Below, piece after piece: positions 37,276 to 46,904 of a stretch of 64,000 bases of DNA. The stretch comes from a virus. Its lineage: Duplodnaviria; Caudoviricetes. The translations under genes were made by a program, and so were the position numbers. The notes beneath the pieces are model-generated. The model did not search any database and was not told the DNA's origin. It was given only the letters and a program-made list of their open reading frames with translations. Every line of letters begins with the position of its first letter. Positions within the stretch are counted from its first letter, which is position 1. The DNA lies in IMG/VR virus record IMGVR_UViG_3300025154_000087, positions 1,359-65,358 of that record; one strand, given 5' to 3'.

Positions 37276-40200
37276 TATGAGTGCTCCTTAAGAGTTTCCA
37301 CAACAACCCGCTCTATTTTACGTTTCAAATCTGCTGATAACTGACGGGAAACCTCCTGGTTTCCCTGAATATTAATTGGGACATTTACAGAAATATCACC
37401 TTTTGATTGTCTTCGCTCCGAACGGGCATCTGGTTCCAATCGACTGAAAGTTTCGAATAACCGTCTATTCTCAATTTTAGATTTCCCTTGATCAGAATTA
37501 GTATCCGGTTCTAATCGATTTATAGCTCTGAAGGGTAGTTGATTCTCGATTCCGGGTTGAACTTCCTTCTTATTATTTTCTAAATTATTTAAAGCCTCGA
37601 GTAATTTTTGTTTATCTTCTTCATTCGACCAAGGGCGACGATATCTAATTAATAAGTTAATTAAGTCCTTTTGTTGACTACCATCTAAAAGGATCCTTTC
37701 CCTTTTAGAATTCTCAAAAGATTGTTGTTGATCATCAACCTTGGATTTCCCCCAGTCAGATTGTTTCGGAGCTTCAAAGGATTGTTGATTACCTTCTTTA
37801 CTTGGATCGAATAACCGACGAAATTGATTAAACTGCTCAACTAAAGTATCTTGTTGTTGTTTAGTTAAAACCATCTCATCTCTTTTCAAAATGGTTTTAA
37901 ATTCCCCCATTTGTAACCCTTCATGAAGCCGGGGAACACCTAAATGAGAACCTGGAGGTAACTCTCTTTGGAATGTCGGTTTATCCGTTCCTACTAATCC
38001 GCCCGAATGACGACCTCCCCAGTTCATGCTGGATGTGTTCGCTAATCCAGCTCCCGAGGAAGATGTCGAAGCTGTAGAGGTCGAAGCTGTAGAGGTCGAA
38101 CCACTACCGCTAACTGCTCCAAATATCCCGAGGATCCCCCCGATGATACCACTGGTTATACTTCCGCTTCCACTCCCCATGTTCCCGACAACCATTTTCG
38201 CAAGAGTACTAGCAATTTCTTGGTTGATAGCTCGGAGGAATGATCGGGCATAATCACCTAAGGTTTTTAATTTCCCTTCAAGAAGATCAAAAAAGAAATC
38301 AGTGAAGGATGATTGCATAGCCTGGGCAGTTTCTTTCGCTACATCCTGCATTATTTGAGATTGATCACGCCAACTTGCCGTAGCATCTTCCCAACCTTTG
38401 GTAAAAGCTCCGAGTGGGGTTTGTAAATCCTCCAAAGCTTCCTTTTGTTCTTTTAATAAATCGATTTGTTCTTTTAGATCCCCATTCAGTTCTGCTCTTT
38501 TAATTTCAATATCCAGGAGTTGGATTTGGATCTCTCTCGATTTTTGGAATTCATTATTTATATCAGCAATTCCTTGTTGAGCTTGCCCTTTTTTTGTAAG
38601 TTCATCTAACTCTAAATTACGTATTTCTATCGCTGATTGTTTCCTTAAATTGTCAAGTGCTTCTTGTGCTCCGGATACTTTATTAATAGCGGCCTCGATC
38701 AATCGTCTACGCTCAATGGATTCTTCATCCATTTGAGCCTGAAGTTTCGCGGCCTCAATTGGTTTTCCCTGCATTTGTAATAGTTGGATTTCTATTTGTT
38801 TATAACTATTTTTAACCTCCTTATTCCCTTGAATAGTTTCAACTAACCCTTGATTCCTTGCTTTAGCCAAATCATTTTCAGCTTCGATCACTCCCCGTTT
38901 TGCTTCCTCGATTCGTTGCATTGCCTGGAATTCAGCTTGAGCATCTTTATCAGCCCGAGGTTGTCCTTCTTTTCCAACGGATGGAGTCAATTTACCAAGA
39001 GCTGCTTCCGCTGTAGCTAGTTCTCTCTGTTTTGCCTCTAAATTGGTTTGAAGGGCTGATTCTGTTAATTCCTGTTTCTTTTCTAAGTAAGTTGAATAAT
39101 CGGAAAGCCCTAAATCATAATTACTCTGATTTGCTTCTTGCTCTAAAGCATTTGAAGCAAGAATGGTCGCCATCTTTCTTTCTTCAGCGGCGTTCAGGTA
39201 AGCAATTTGAGCATTAAGAACAGCGTTCCAGTTCTCAGCACGGCCTTTTGCGTCTTCATCTTTGGGTCTTTCTTCAGGAACAGGTTTAATAATTTTTGCC
39301 CGTTCCTCCGCGGCTTTTAATGCTTCTTCTAATCGTTTATTCCCTGGTGCTTCTTCCAGGGCTTCCTGTATTTCTTTAATTTCTTTTTTGATCTTATCGA
39401 ATCTTTGTGATTTTCCTAACAGCCCTCCATCATACCACTTCTTTCCTTCACTCAGTTCTTTTTGTAACTGGGCGATTCTTCTCATCCCTTTTTCTTCTTC
39501 ACTTAATACTTCTAAAGTAATTTTTCCTGTTTTGGGATCATAAAATTGTTTTCTCCCAGTTATCATTGCATTAAGTGACTGGACAAAAGCATTATATGAT
39601 TTAGGAAGACTTCCCAAATTCATATTATAAGTTTCAAGTTCCTTATTCAGAATTACCAAAGCGCCCGCAGCCATAACATATGGATTTGCACTTACAGCAG
39701 CATTAAGTAATAACTGAGCACCTTTTGCAGCAAGTAAGAATCCTGTTAATTCAACGATAGAACCACCATATTCAGCAACGAACTTTACAGCAATATTTAT
39801 GTTTTCTCCCCATTCCTTTAAAGTTTTATCATCTAATTGAGCCTGAAATTCTTTTAATTTAGCAGTTGCTACGTCAACGGCAGTCCCAAAAGCAGGTTGA
39901 AAAAGTCTCCCAAGTGCAACCTCAAAATCAGGGATTAATCTTCCTGTTAAGGTATTGAACTTTTTCATTGGAGAATCCATTGCATCAGAATAGATTCCTA
40001 AAAATTTTGGAGTTTGCGCTAAAACAGCATTTGTCCTTGCCTGTACTTTCTCCTGTTGGGTAAGCAGCTTGACATTTACCCCTAATTGATCAGCAAGTTT
40101 TTTATAAGAGGCTTGAAAATCAACATTAATTCCAATCGTTTTTAGTACCTCGGTTTCGCCTGATTGAATACCATGAATCATTCTTTCAAATGCTTCTGAA

Positions 40201-40595
40201 GAATTGATATCTGCAATAATTGCGGCACCTTGAGCAATCGTAGCCAATTCTGTACTTTTCGTCAAATCAATTTGAGCCAATGCCATTCTTGACATTGTTT
40301 CCCGAGCAGCAGTCATGGAAATGCCGGTTTTCCGCAAAGCCATTTCATACTTTTCCATCTGACTCGTAGAAAAACCGGCATTATTACCAACACGATTCAT
40401 TACTATGCCCATAGTGTCAAACCGGGCAGTGGCAAACGTAACTGTTTTTACAAAATTAGCAGCTTGCTGAACCGAATATATACTAGCGAATAGAGTAGCG
40501 GCACGTCCAGCAAACGACTTGATATCACTCTCGGCTTTATGAAGTTGTGAAGTATCAGCCTGAATCCTGGTATACATTGAACCTAAATCAATCAT
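37275..40595 (-). CDS. tail tape measure protein
   Basis: 1106 aa helical; DLG-x-x-Y-x-x-I-x-AD start; H-x-GG-x-VG...E-x-VL C-terminal motif. Confidence 0.9.
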   Translation of the reverse strand: MIDLGSMYTRIQADTSQLHKAESDIKSFAGRAATLFASIYSVQQAANFVKTVTFATARFDTMGIVMNRVGNNAGFSTSQMEKYEMALRKTGISMTAARETMSRMALAQIDLTKSTELATIAQGAAIIADINSSEAFERMIHGIQSGETEVLKTIGINVDFQASYKKLADQLGVNVKLLTQQEKVQARTNAVLAQTPKFLGIYSDAMDSPMKKFNTLTGRLIPDFEVALGRLFQPAFGTAVDVATAKLKEFQAQLDDKTLKEWGENINIAVKFVAEYGGSIVELTGFLLAAKGAQLLLNAAVSANPYVMAAGALVILNKELETYNMNLGSLPKSYNAFVQSLNAMITGRKQFYDPKTGKITLEVLSEEEKGMRRIAQLQKELSEGKKWYDGGLLGKSQRFDKIKKEIKEIQEALEEAPGNKRLEEALKAAEERAKIIKPVPEERPKDEDAKGRAENWNAVLNAQIAYLNAAEERKMATILASNALEQEANQSNYDLGLSDYSTYLEKKQELTESALQTNLEAKQRELATAEAALGKLTPSVGKEGQPRADKDAQAEFQAMQRIEEAKRGVIEAENDLAKARNQGLVETIQGNKEVKNSYKQIEIQLLQMQGKPIEAAKLQAQMDEESIERRRLIEAAINKVSGAQEALDNLRKQSAIEIRNLELDELTKKGQAQQGIADINNEFQKSREIQIQLLDIEIKRAELNGDLKEQIDLLKEQKEALEDLQTPLGAFTKGWEDATASWRDQSQIMQDVAKETAQAMQSSFTDFFFDLLEGKLKTLGDYARSFLRAINQEIASTLAKMVVGNMGSGSGSITSGIIGGILGIFGAVSGSGSTSTASTSTASTSSSGAGLANTSSMNWGGRHSGGLVGTDKPTFQRELPPGSHLGVPRLHEGLQMGEFKTILKRDEMVLTKQQQDTLVEQFNQFRRLFDPSKEGNQQSFEAPKQSDWGKSKVDDQQQSFENSKRERILLDGSQQKDLINLLIRYRRPWSNEEDKQKLLEALNNLENNKKEVQPGIENQLPFRAINRLEPDTNSDQGKSKIENRRLFETFSRLEPDARSERRQSKGDISVNVPINIQGNQEVSRQLSADLKRKIERVVVETLKEHS

Positions 40596-41029
40596 TTTCG
40601 TTCTCTCCGTGCTTTTGCTTTCCGTTCGGCCCGTTCTGCAATCTTCTTTTTCTTTTCTTCGATACGCTTGCTATTATAAGCAATTCCCAACAAAGCCGTC
40701 TTTAATTCCTCAGTACTTTGTTTTTTCTTTATCTCTACTTTTTTTGGTTCTTCCACAGGATTCGGAATGAAGTCTGAAGGTTCCCATAACTTTCTCTTCC
40801 CATCATCCCCTTTTATCATTAAATCGGAGAAATTAGCGATTGTCATGCACAACCAATTTGCTAAATTTCTTTCATGACCAGCCCCGAATGGTTCCAACTT
40901 CTCATAAGACATCCACTCAGAGAATTGACTAGAAGTGAGATGTTGGAACAAATAATCCGGATGAGCGTATCCTAACTCTTTACAAAGTCGGAAAGCGAAC
41001 CGACGTTCAGGGCTGTTTCTAAGTTTTTT
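40592..41029 (-). CDS. tail assembly chaperone, frameshifted T part
   Basis: -1 frame open from the slippery site: KKLRNSPERRFAFRLCKELG...SEW...EPFG. Confidence 0.8.
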   Translation of the reverse strand, partial: KKLRNSPERRFAFRLCKELGYAHPDYLFQHLTSSQFSEWMSYEKLEPFGAGHERNLANWLCMTIANFSDLMIKGDDGKRKLWEPSDFIPNPVEEPKKVEIKKKQSTEELKTALLGIAYNSKRIEEKKKKIAERAERKAKARRERK

Positions 41030-41379
41030 ATTTGTTCATCCTCTTTTTTCTTGGATAAACCGGAAAGATCCCCACCGATATCAGAGATTCTTTCAATTGC
41101 CAGGGAGGACTTGGAGAGCAGGTCCGGGATATCAATCTCCGAGAATAGGGGTTTCCCTGTTTCCGGATCAACGACCGTTGCGATTAAGACTCTGACCCTC
41201 ATTCCCCCGACATTCCCTTTTTCAACGAGCCACTTATCGTACTCGGCGCGGGCTTCTCCGGTCATTTCCTGGACACAAACGGCTCCTCCCCATTCAGGGA
41301 CATCAACCATCTGTCTTTTCAGCTCGGTAACTCGGAGGATATCTTTTTTTGTCAGTACTTTCATTGGTTGGGTTTCCAT
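40972..41379 (-). CDS. tail assembly chaperone G
   Basis: VDVPEWGG-x-V-x-V-x-EMT; between tail tube and tape measure. Confidence 0.85.
   Translation of the reverse strand: METQPMKVLTKKDILRVTELKRQMVDVPEWGGAVCVQEMTGEARAEYDKWLVEKGNVGGMRVRVLIATVVDPETGKPLFSEIDIPDLLSKSSLAIERISDIGGDLSGLSKKKEDEQIKNLETALNVGSLSDFVKS
41023..41029 (-). other. programmed -1 frameshift site A AAA AAC
   Basis: X XXY YYZ heptamer in the G frame; -1 frame joins the downstream ORF. Confidence 0.8.
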
Positions 41380-41426
41380 TTGTTTTCTCCACTAATTGGT
41401 TTTATGTACTGCTGGTTAGATAAAGA

Positions 41427-41849
41427 TTAAGAGGTAATCGTCACGGGACCACTGATTTTAATCGTTGCCGGCGCCGTGATTTTATTATCCAGGGGGATAC
41501 CAAGTCCCAAGTTGACAACAAGCCCTGAGAACTCAAGGGTCGTATTCCCGGTATCGGGGAGAACAATCTGGTAGTCGACTTTGGTATCGATCTCGAAGTC
41601 ATCATTCATATCAAGGTATCCATCCCGAGTATAGTTCATTTCGAGAACCACCTGACCACCATCCCGGAAAGCAGCGATAAATTCCCGGTATCCACCGGTA
41701 CTTCCAAGATGAGTAACGTCAATTACGGCCCGACTTTTATCTGGGCCCTGAACGCTGTTGATTTCTGCAATTGCATTAAATGTCGGGCTGCTTTCCATGT
41801 CCGACCGCTTGAAAATTGTCCCTACACCACTGATTGCATCTGATGCCAT
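41427..41849 (-). CDS. major tail tube protein
   Basis: IDVTHL-x-S-x-GGYREFI...DGG...IKISG. Confidence 0.9.
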   Translation of the reverse strand: MASDAISGVGTIFKRSDMESSPTFNAIAEINSVQGPDKSRAVIDVTHLGSTGGYREFIAAFRDGGQVVLEMNYTRDGYLDMNDDFEIDTKVDYQIVLPDTGNTTLEFSGLVVNLGLGIPLDNKITAPATIKISGPVTITS

Positions 41850-41878
41850 TTCGAACTCTCCTCTTTATTAGGATTTTA

Positions 41879-42283
41879 TCATGTGCGCATTGCGCTTAGC
41901 GTACAACTGAATATTGGTCTACCCTTTGCATCATCCCCGACATGGGCTATGTCACCCGTTTTCCTAACTTGGATATAGCGGGTACTGTTAATAGTTTCGT
42001 TTGTTAATTCATGGAACAGATTACAGATGGTTTCAATTTCCAAATAGGCTGAATTATATCCTCCAGCAATACCCCTCGTCAGAACTTGAATGGAGGGTCG
42101 TCTAATATCATTGGGATCAGGGGTCATTCCGGGCGATTCAAATAGACAAGTACAAATACCAGAGGAAGAATCAGGAAGAATCCCAACGAATAAGTTAGTC
42201 CCCAAAGTAAAATCTATCTCGGCGGAGGATAATTCTGAATAAGCCAATAAATAATCTTTAAAGTCAATTGATGCTGGATTCAT
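41879..42283 (-). CDS. tail terminator
   Basis: LFVG-x-x-PD...P-x-IQVL-x-RG...G-x-D-x-x-GR. Confidence 0.75.
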   Translation of the reverse strand: MNPASIDFKDYLLAYSELSSAEIDFTLGTNLFVGILPDSSSGICTCLFESPGMTPDPNDIRRPSIQVLTRGIAGGYNSAYLEIETICNLFHELTNETINSTRYIQVRKTGDIAHVGDDAKGRPIFSCTLSAMRT

Positions 42284-42795
42284 TTTATTTTTGCCCACTT
42301 AATCAATATTTGGAGTATCCTGCTTTTGTTCTTCATCAAAGATTTCAAAAGGAACTTATTTCCTCCACCTTGCCAGAATGTTCCTCTTTTCTTATTCCCT
42401 TTTCTTGCTGGGCGAGGTTCCCCCGCATGAATCATAGGCATTTCATGAACCCAAAAGGCATACCGGGCTGTATACCCCACAATTGCATTATACTGATTTT
42501 TCCCCGTATTTACAATACCTTTTGCTTCTGAAATTCCTTTAGAATGATCAGATTGAGCTTGACCGGCTTCTGGTCCCTTAAAACTTGGGCTTTGATTGTC
42601 AGCAGGATTATCGGTTATCATAATGAAAGCACTTGATCGAAGATTCCCATAATCGACAGGAGTTCCCCGAACCGAATCAGCTTTCACAACCAAAGCGGCC
42701 TCTGTTAATCCCTCTTTTGTATGAAGTTCAATATCAGCGATAGTTTTATTTAATCGTTTCAGAACTTCATTTAATCCTTCTAGTTGGGGGCTCAT
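42280..42795 (-). CDS. HK97 gp10-like neck protein
   Basis: TPVD-x-GNLR-x-S, VGY-x-A-x-YA-x-x-VHE, KFL. Confidence 0.85.
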   Translation of the reverse strand: MSPQLEGLNEVLKRLNKTIADIELHTKEGLTEAALVVKADSVRGTPVDYGNLRSSAFIMITDNPADNQSPSFKGPEAGQAQSDHSKGISEAKGIVNTGKNQYNAIVGYTARYAFWVHEMPMIHAGEPRPARKGNKKRGTFWQGGGNKFLLKSLMKNKSRILQILIKWAKIK

Positions 42796-43151
42796 ACCAA
42801 ATAGACCTTTCTCAAGAATTGAGTAGCGGATATAGTAGGGATCTTCTCGAATAATTTGATTGTTAAAGCATTGACAGTGCTGGGGAGGTTATCACTTTCC
42901 AAGTCGATCAAGGATCCTAAAAACATCCGACCATTAATATCAAAGTCCGATTCGGCTAAAACAAAAGAATTTGAAAGAAGTTCCTCCACTCCATTTTGAG
43001 TATTGGATTCGGAAGAAAAGAATCTTTCCTGTTTATCAGTCCATCTTACTTTGACTTCTTCCGGATCATCGTAAGTATACCCGCCTAATCCATCAGGAAC
43101 AGGATTTGCCCAATAAACGGCTGTTTGATTTAGGAATTTTTGAAGATTCAT
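42792..43151 (-). CDS. head closure protein
   Basis: Q-x-AVYW...DG-x-GG...P-x-E-x-x-VRW. Confidence 0.75.
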   Translation of the reverse strand: MNLQKFLNQTAVYWANPVPDGLGGYTYDDPEEVKVRWTDKQERFFSSESNTQNGVEELLSNSFVLAESDFDINGRMFLGSLIDLESDNLPSTVNALTIKLFEKIPTISATQFLRKVYLV

Positions 43152-43525
43152 TAGTCATGCCATCCAATAACTGAGAAGGAACCTGATCGAATTACCCCAT
43201 TTTTCGCCAATACCCCCAGCGTTCCGCTGGTGTCGAGCAATATGGCCGTCTGTCCATAAGATGTTCCATTCAATCCCATCCCCCACTGACCTTGATATGA
43301 TTCGGAGAGGACATCAACTCCTACTGACTTCGTTCGAGGATCCCGCAAGGAAAGGATATGGGCTGAAACATACTTCTCAATCTCTTTTAAAGTTGCATCA
43401 GATAGACCTTTCCCTGTAAGATACCCAGTTACAAGTAAATTCGCTGTTGTAATGAAGACATCTATTTCTGTTAAAGAAGTCTCAATAATCTCAAGAACTT
43501 CATCGCTTGTAACTCGATTTGCCAT
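43151..43525 (-). CDS. head-tail adaptor
   Basis: IE-x-Y-x-x-AH...L-x-x-T-x-YGQ-x-A-x-x-LD-x-SG-x-L. Confidence 0.8.
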   Translation of the reverse strand: MANRVTSDEVLEIIETSLTEIDVFITTANLLVTGYLTGKGLSDATLKEIEKYVSAHILSLRDPRTKSVGVDVLSESYQGQWGMGLNGTSYGQTAILLDTSGTLGVLAKNGVIRSGSFSVIGWHD

Positions 43526-43536
43526 TTCGAAACCTC

Positions 43537-44208
43537 TTATAATTTAGCGTAAAGGGCAGGATCAATGAAGGAACGACACAATTTCTCCTCCCATGGTAAT
43601 CCTAAAAACCCCATCATTTCCTTAGCAGTTGAGAAATCCCCTTTGACGATTTCAGAAGGCCAGAATTCAAAAATGCTTAATTCAGCCATATGCATCTCAG
43701 CGAATCTCTTTTTATGCTCCTGTACCCAATTCAGCCAACCCTGTTCATCTCGGAAGGCTCGCATAAAACGGGTCTTTAAACAACTCCTAGCGATGTCCTT
43801 ATCTTCCCGTCGAACAATGATCCATTTAGCAGCAGGAAAGGCCTTGTGCCATAAATACCAAACAAGGCAGCATTTCGCTCCTTTGTAGAACCAAGGACCA
43901 TCTTTATATCCTTGTCTGATCATGGATTCCGTGATTAACTTCCGCCAGGTCTCAATCTGTTTCGGGGAGACCTCAAAAATCTGCCGATTGTTGGGTAAAG
44001 GGTTTTGTCCCAAGGGATCAACCCCAATCTTCTTCAAATAGGGTTTTACGATCTCCTGTCTAATCTCCCTATTTTCGAACATCCCTTTCTCATTGAACTG
44101 ATTGGGACCGAACATATCTCCGCCAAATGCTCCACAGATATTAATCATTCCCGCAGTCATTGAAGTTCCTGAACGAGCCGCACCAGTAATAATAATCGGA
44201 TCAAACAT
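43537..44208 (-). CDS. sulfotransferase family protein
   Basis: IITG-x-x-RSGTS PAPS-binding loop, N-x-KG-x-FE, FP-x-AKWI-x-V-x-R...S. Confidence 0.75.
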   Translation of the reverse strand: MFDPIIITGAARSGTSMTAGMINICGAFGGDMFGPNQFNEKGMFENREIRQEIVKPYLKKIGVDPLGQNPLPNNRQIFEVSPKQIETWRKLITESMIRQGYKDGPWFYKGAKCCLVWYLWHKAFPAAKWIIVRREDKDIARSCLKTRFMRAFRDEQGWLNWVQEHKKRFAEMHMAELSIFEFWPSEIVKGDFSTAKEMMGFLGLPWEEKLCRSFIDPALYAKL

Positions 44209-44209
44209 T

Positions 44210-45772
44210 TTATTCTCCTATCCAGAATTTTTTCACCCATGTATCTTTTACTTCATGAGGGCGAGGGTTGCCATGAAATCGAACAATCGAGGAACCAGGT
44301 GGTAATCCTGACTTACAGTCCCTTTTATATGATAAAACAGCTCCAGGAATAACATCCTCCCAGAACTGGACTTTTCTATTTCCTAAGATTTTCCTGAAAT
44401 ATAACCGTTCGGATCCTTTCGTTTCAGACTCGATACTGCTTCGATTCTTCAATAAAGGATCCCATAATAGTCTTTCCACTTCAGAAGTTGAATTAAATCC
44501 TATGATGCTTCCACCGATACAACTGGGTTTATATACGGCCTGACAAGTAATAAGGGCTTTTCTGTTTTTGAAAGTTGCTTTAATTAATGGGTCTAAGTTT
44601 CCGGTGATTACGGTATCTAAATCGAAACAGATAGAATAACCTTCCAGTTCTGCCTCTTTTGAGTACATGAACATTTTTTTCAGATTCCATTTCAGATCAA
44701 CCGGAACCCTTAAAGCCCTTGTCTCAATATTTTCTATTTGGAGGCTTTCTTTATCCGTGAACAAAATGATTTTATATCTTTGATTTGGGGATACATTATT
44801 CGAAATAGCTTTCGCCAATCTTTTAATATAAGTAACTCCAAGTTTTTCGTTATCATTAGGCCATTCTCCCCACCAATACAGAATAAAATTAATGGACCTC
44901 TCTACTGCAATTTTGGGAATTTTAACTGTTTCTTTTTTGGTATTTATTCCCAACCTTTTTAACTGTCTATTTGCTGCTACTCTTTCTCTTCTGAGTAAAT
45001 CCTCTTCTGTATGCCTTCGATATCGATCAACCCCCGTACCCGCGAGGGAGTAATGGTCAGCGATCCACGGGAACTCCCGCAAGATCCCAATACTATCAGG
45101 GAGAAATTTTCCATTAAAGAACAAGATACAAGCATTTTCAGGGACTTTATCATGGATGGATATATCAGGGATAAAATTATAAATCCCCTCAGTTTGTCCA
45201 ATAGTCTTTCCATCCTGGATCATCTTTGCAATCTGTTTTTGATCCGTTCCCCCTAAGTACTGATTATGCCTATTAACGGTAAAGGATCCGGGCCGAAAGT
45301 GCTCATAAACTTCGGGATGGCTTCCGGCTTTCAGCATGAACATACTCCCACAATAAGGGGTAACTCGCTTACTAATCCGAGACCTTTCAGGAGCCCAAAT
45401 CAGGAAGTTTTCCTGTCGGGTTAAGAGATGGTCAATATTACCAATGATTACACAATCCAGATCAATCGACCAAAATCTTTCTCCAAATAAAGCAAAGTCT
45501 TTTTTAAAACAGACAAGTCGGACAAAACAACCACCTTTACTTCGAAACTCCTCCCATAAGGGGATAATCTCGACCTCAGGAATTATCCCTGCCGGATCAT
45601 CAGTAACGCAGATAAACCGGAAAGGAACCGTAACATTCTTAAGAATCATTTCATATAAAGCATTGACATGCTTCGAACTATATTTCTGATTCTTCTTTGT
45701 CGTTGGGACTCCGTCTATAGGATCCCATTTCCAACAGACAATGCTTATCATTTGGTATTCCGGAGTATACAA
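44210..45772 (-). CDS. tandem two-domain GT-A glycosyltransferase
   Basis: Two repeats: F-x-C-x-TD...DLD-x-VI-x-GN...DQ...F-x-G and LFTD...DLDTVITGN...FHG-x-PRP. Confidence 0.8.
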   Translation of the reverse strand: MYTPEYQMISIVCWKWDPIDGVPTTKKNQKYSSKHVNALYEMILKNVTVPFRFICVTDDPAGIIPEVEIIPLWEEFRSKGGCFVRLVCFKKDFALFGERFWSIDLDCVIIGNIDHLLTRQENFLIWAPERSRISKRVTPYCGSMFMLKAGSHPEVYEHFRPGSFTVNRHNQYLGGTDQKQIAKMIQDGKTIGQTEGIYNFIPDISIHDKVPENACILFFNGKFLPDSIGILREFPWIADHYSLAGTGVDRYRRHTEEDLLRRERVAANRQLKRLGINTKKETVKIPKIAVERSINFILYWWGEWPNDNEKLGVTYIKRLAKAISNNVSPNQRYKIILFTDKESLQIENIETRALRVPVDLKWNLKKMFMYSKEAELEGYSICFDLDTVITGNLDPLIKATFKNRKALITCQAVYKPSCIGGSIIGFNSTSEVERLLWDPLLKNRSSIESETKGSERLYFRKILGNRKVQFWEDVIPGAVLSYKRDCKSGLPPGSSIVRFHGNPRPHEVKDTWVKKFWIGE

Positions 45773-46353
45773 TTAAACCATTTAGTATCTGACCATTGCT
45801 TCTTCAACTCGAAGCCGTGGGAAATGAGTTCATCAATTATATCCTGAGAAGTGTCCCAAAACATTGAATCATAAGCTCTAGAGGCCATTCGGTCTTCGAT
45901 GCTTCCGACTACAGTACAAAGGGCCATTTTCTTCATTACCATGAAATAAAATATCCCACTTGGTTTCAAAACACTTTTTAATTCCTGACATAAAGCAGGA
46001 AGGTCATAGCAATGGTCGAGAGAATTGCAAAAAGCATTATCAAAAGTACTGACTCCTAAAAGCAATTTATGCCAATCTCCCTTAACAACCAAATCGCCAA
46101 CCGGATGAAGATCAACTCCTAATGAGTTTTTAAACCCTAATTTTCTTGCGGCTACTACTTCACAGCCCGTTCTTGCACCTAAGCACAATATACTTCCTTT
46201 ATTCAAATCGGATTTTACTTTGGAAAAGATCGATTCAAATTTAGAAATTCGTTGGGGATTTTTCTCTTTTATTTTGTCCAAACTAAAAGAGATTTTCCCC
46301 CCTTGTTTCTCAATATAAGCTTGATAATCCTTGAACTTTTTGTACTGGATCAT
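45748..46353 (-). CDS. class I SAM-dependent methyltransferase
   Basis: LCLGARTG-x-EV, GVDL, GD-x-H, N-x-LDH, VLKP-x-G. Confidence 0.85.
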   Translation of the reverse strand: MIQYKKFKDYQAYIEKQGGKISFSLDKIKEKNPQRISKFESIFSKVKSDLNKGSILCLGARTGCEVVAARKLGFKNSLGVDLHPVGDLVVKGDWHKLLLGVSTFDNAFCNSLDHCYDLPALCQELKSVLKPSGIFYFMVMKKMALCTVVGSIEDRMASRAYDSMFWDTSQDIIDELISHGFELKKQWSDTKWFNCILRNTK

Positions 46354-46657
46354 TTTTCTCTTCCTTTATCCTCATTTTATATTTAACGATCCCTAAATGC
46401 ATCCTCTTCCCACTCTTATAAATAGCATCCAATTGCTTCAGGATCTCATCTTTAGTTTCTTGATCCATTACCGGGTGATTGTTTATAAAATTAGCAAGGA
46501 TGATATTTTGGACACAGATTTTATTGATTAAATTCGGTTCAAGGAACTTGGGAAGAACAGGCAAAAGCTTTCCGTCTTCATCAAAGATACTTGTCTTATA
46601 GGGATCGAGTACAGGGTTAATATCCTTCACGCCAACCACCACCCTTTCCAGAAGCAT
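46310..46657 (-). CDS. hypothetical protein, paralogue of next ORF
   Basis: IC...LAN...GKRM...Y shared motif. Confidence 0.6.
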   Translation of the reverse strand: MLLERVVVGVKDINPVLDPYKTSIFDEDGKLLPVLPKFLEPNLINKICVQNIILANFINNHPVMDQETKDEILKQLDAIYKSGKRMHLGIVKYKMRIKEEKNDPVQKVQGLSSLY

Positions 46658-46904
46658 TATGATATTCTACGAGTTTCATTCCCATCCGTTTACCCATATC
46701 GTAAACGATATCAATCTTTTCGAGCAAACGTCTTCTAATCTCTGGATTATCAGTAATTAATTCATCAACCAAATTGGCCAGAACAATATGCTCTCCACAG
46801 ATAGTCGGGGTATGACCTTCTTCAAGATATGTAGCTTTAATTCTAGCTACAGAACCATTATCCGGATTATAAAGCGAGTATTTCTTATGAGGATTCTTTT
46901 TCAT
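46617..46904 (-). CDS. hypothetical protein
   Basis: TIC...LAN...YDMGKRM-x-x-KL-x-EY. Confidence 0.65.
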   Translation of the reverse strand: MKKNPHKKYSLYNPDNGSVARIKATYLEEGHTPTICGEHIVLANLVDELITDNPEIRRRLLEKIDIVYDMGKRMGMKLVEYHNASGKGGGWREGY

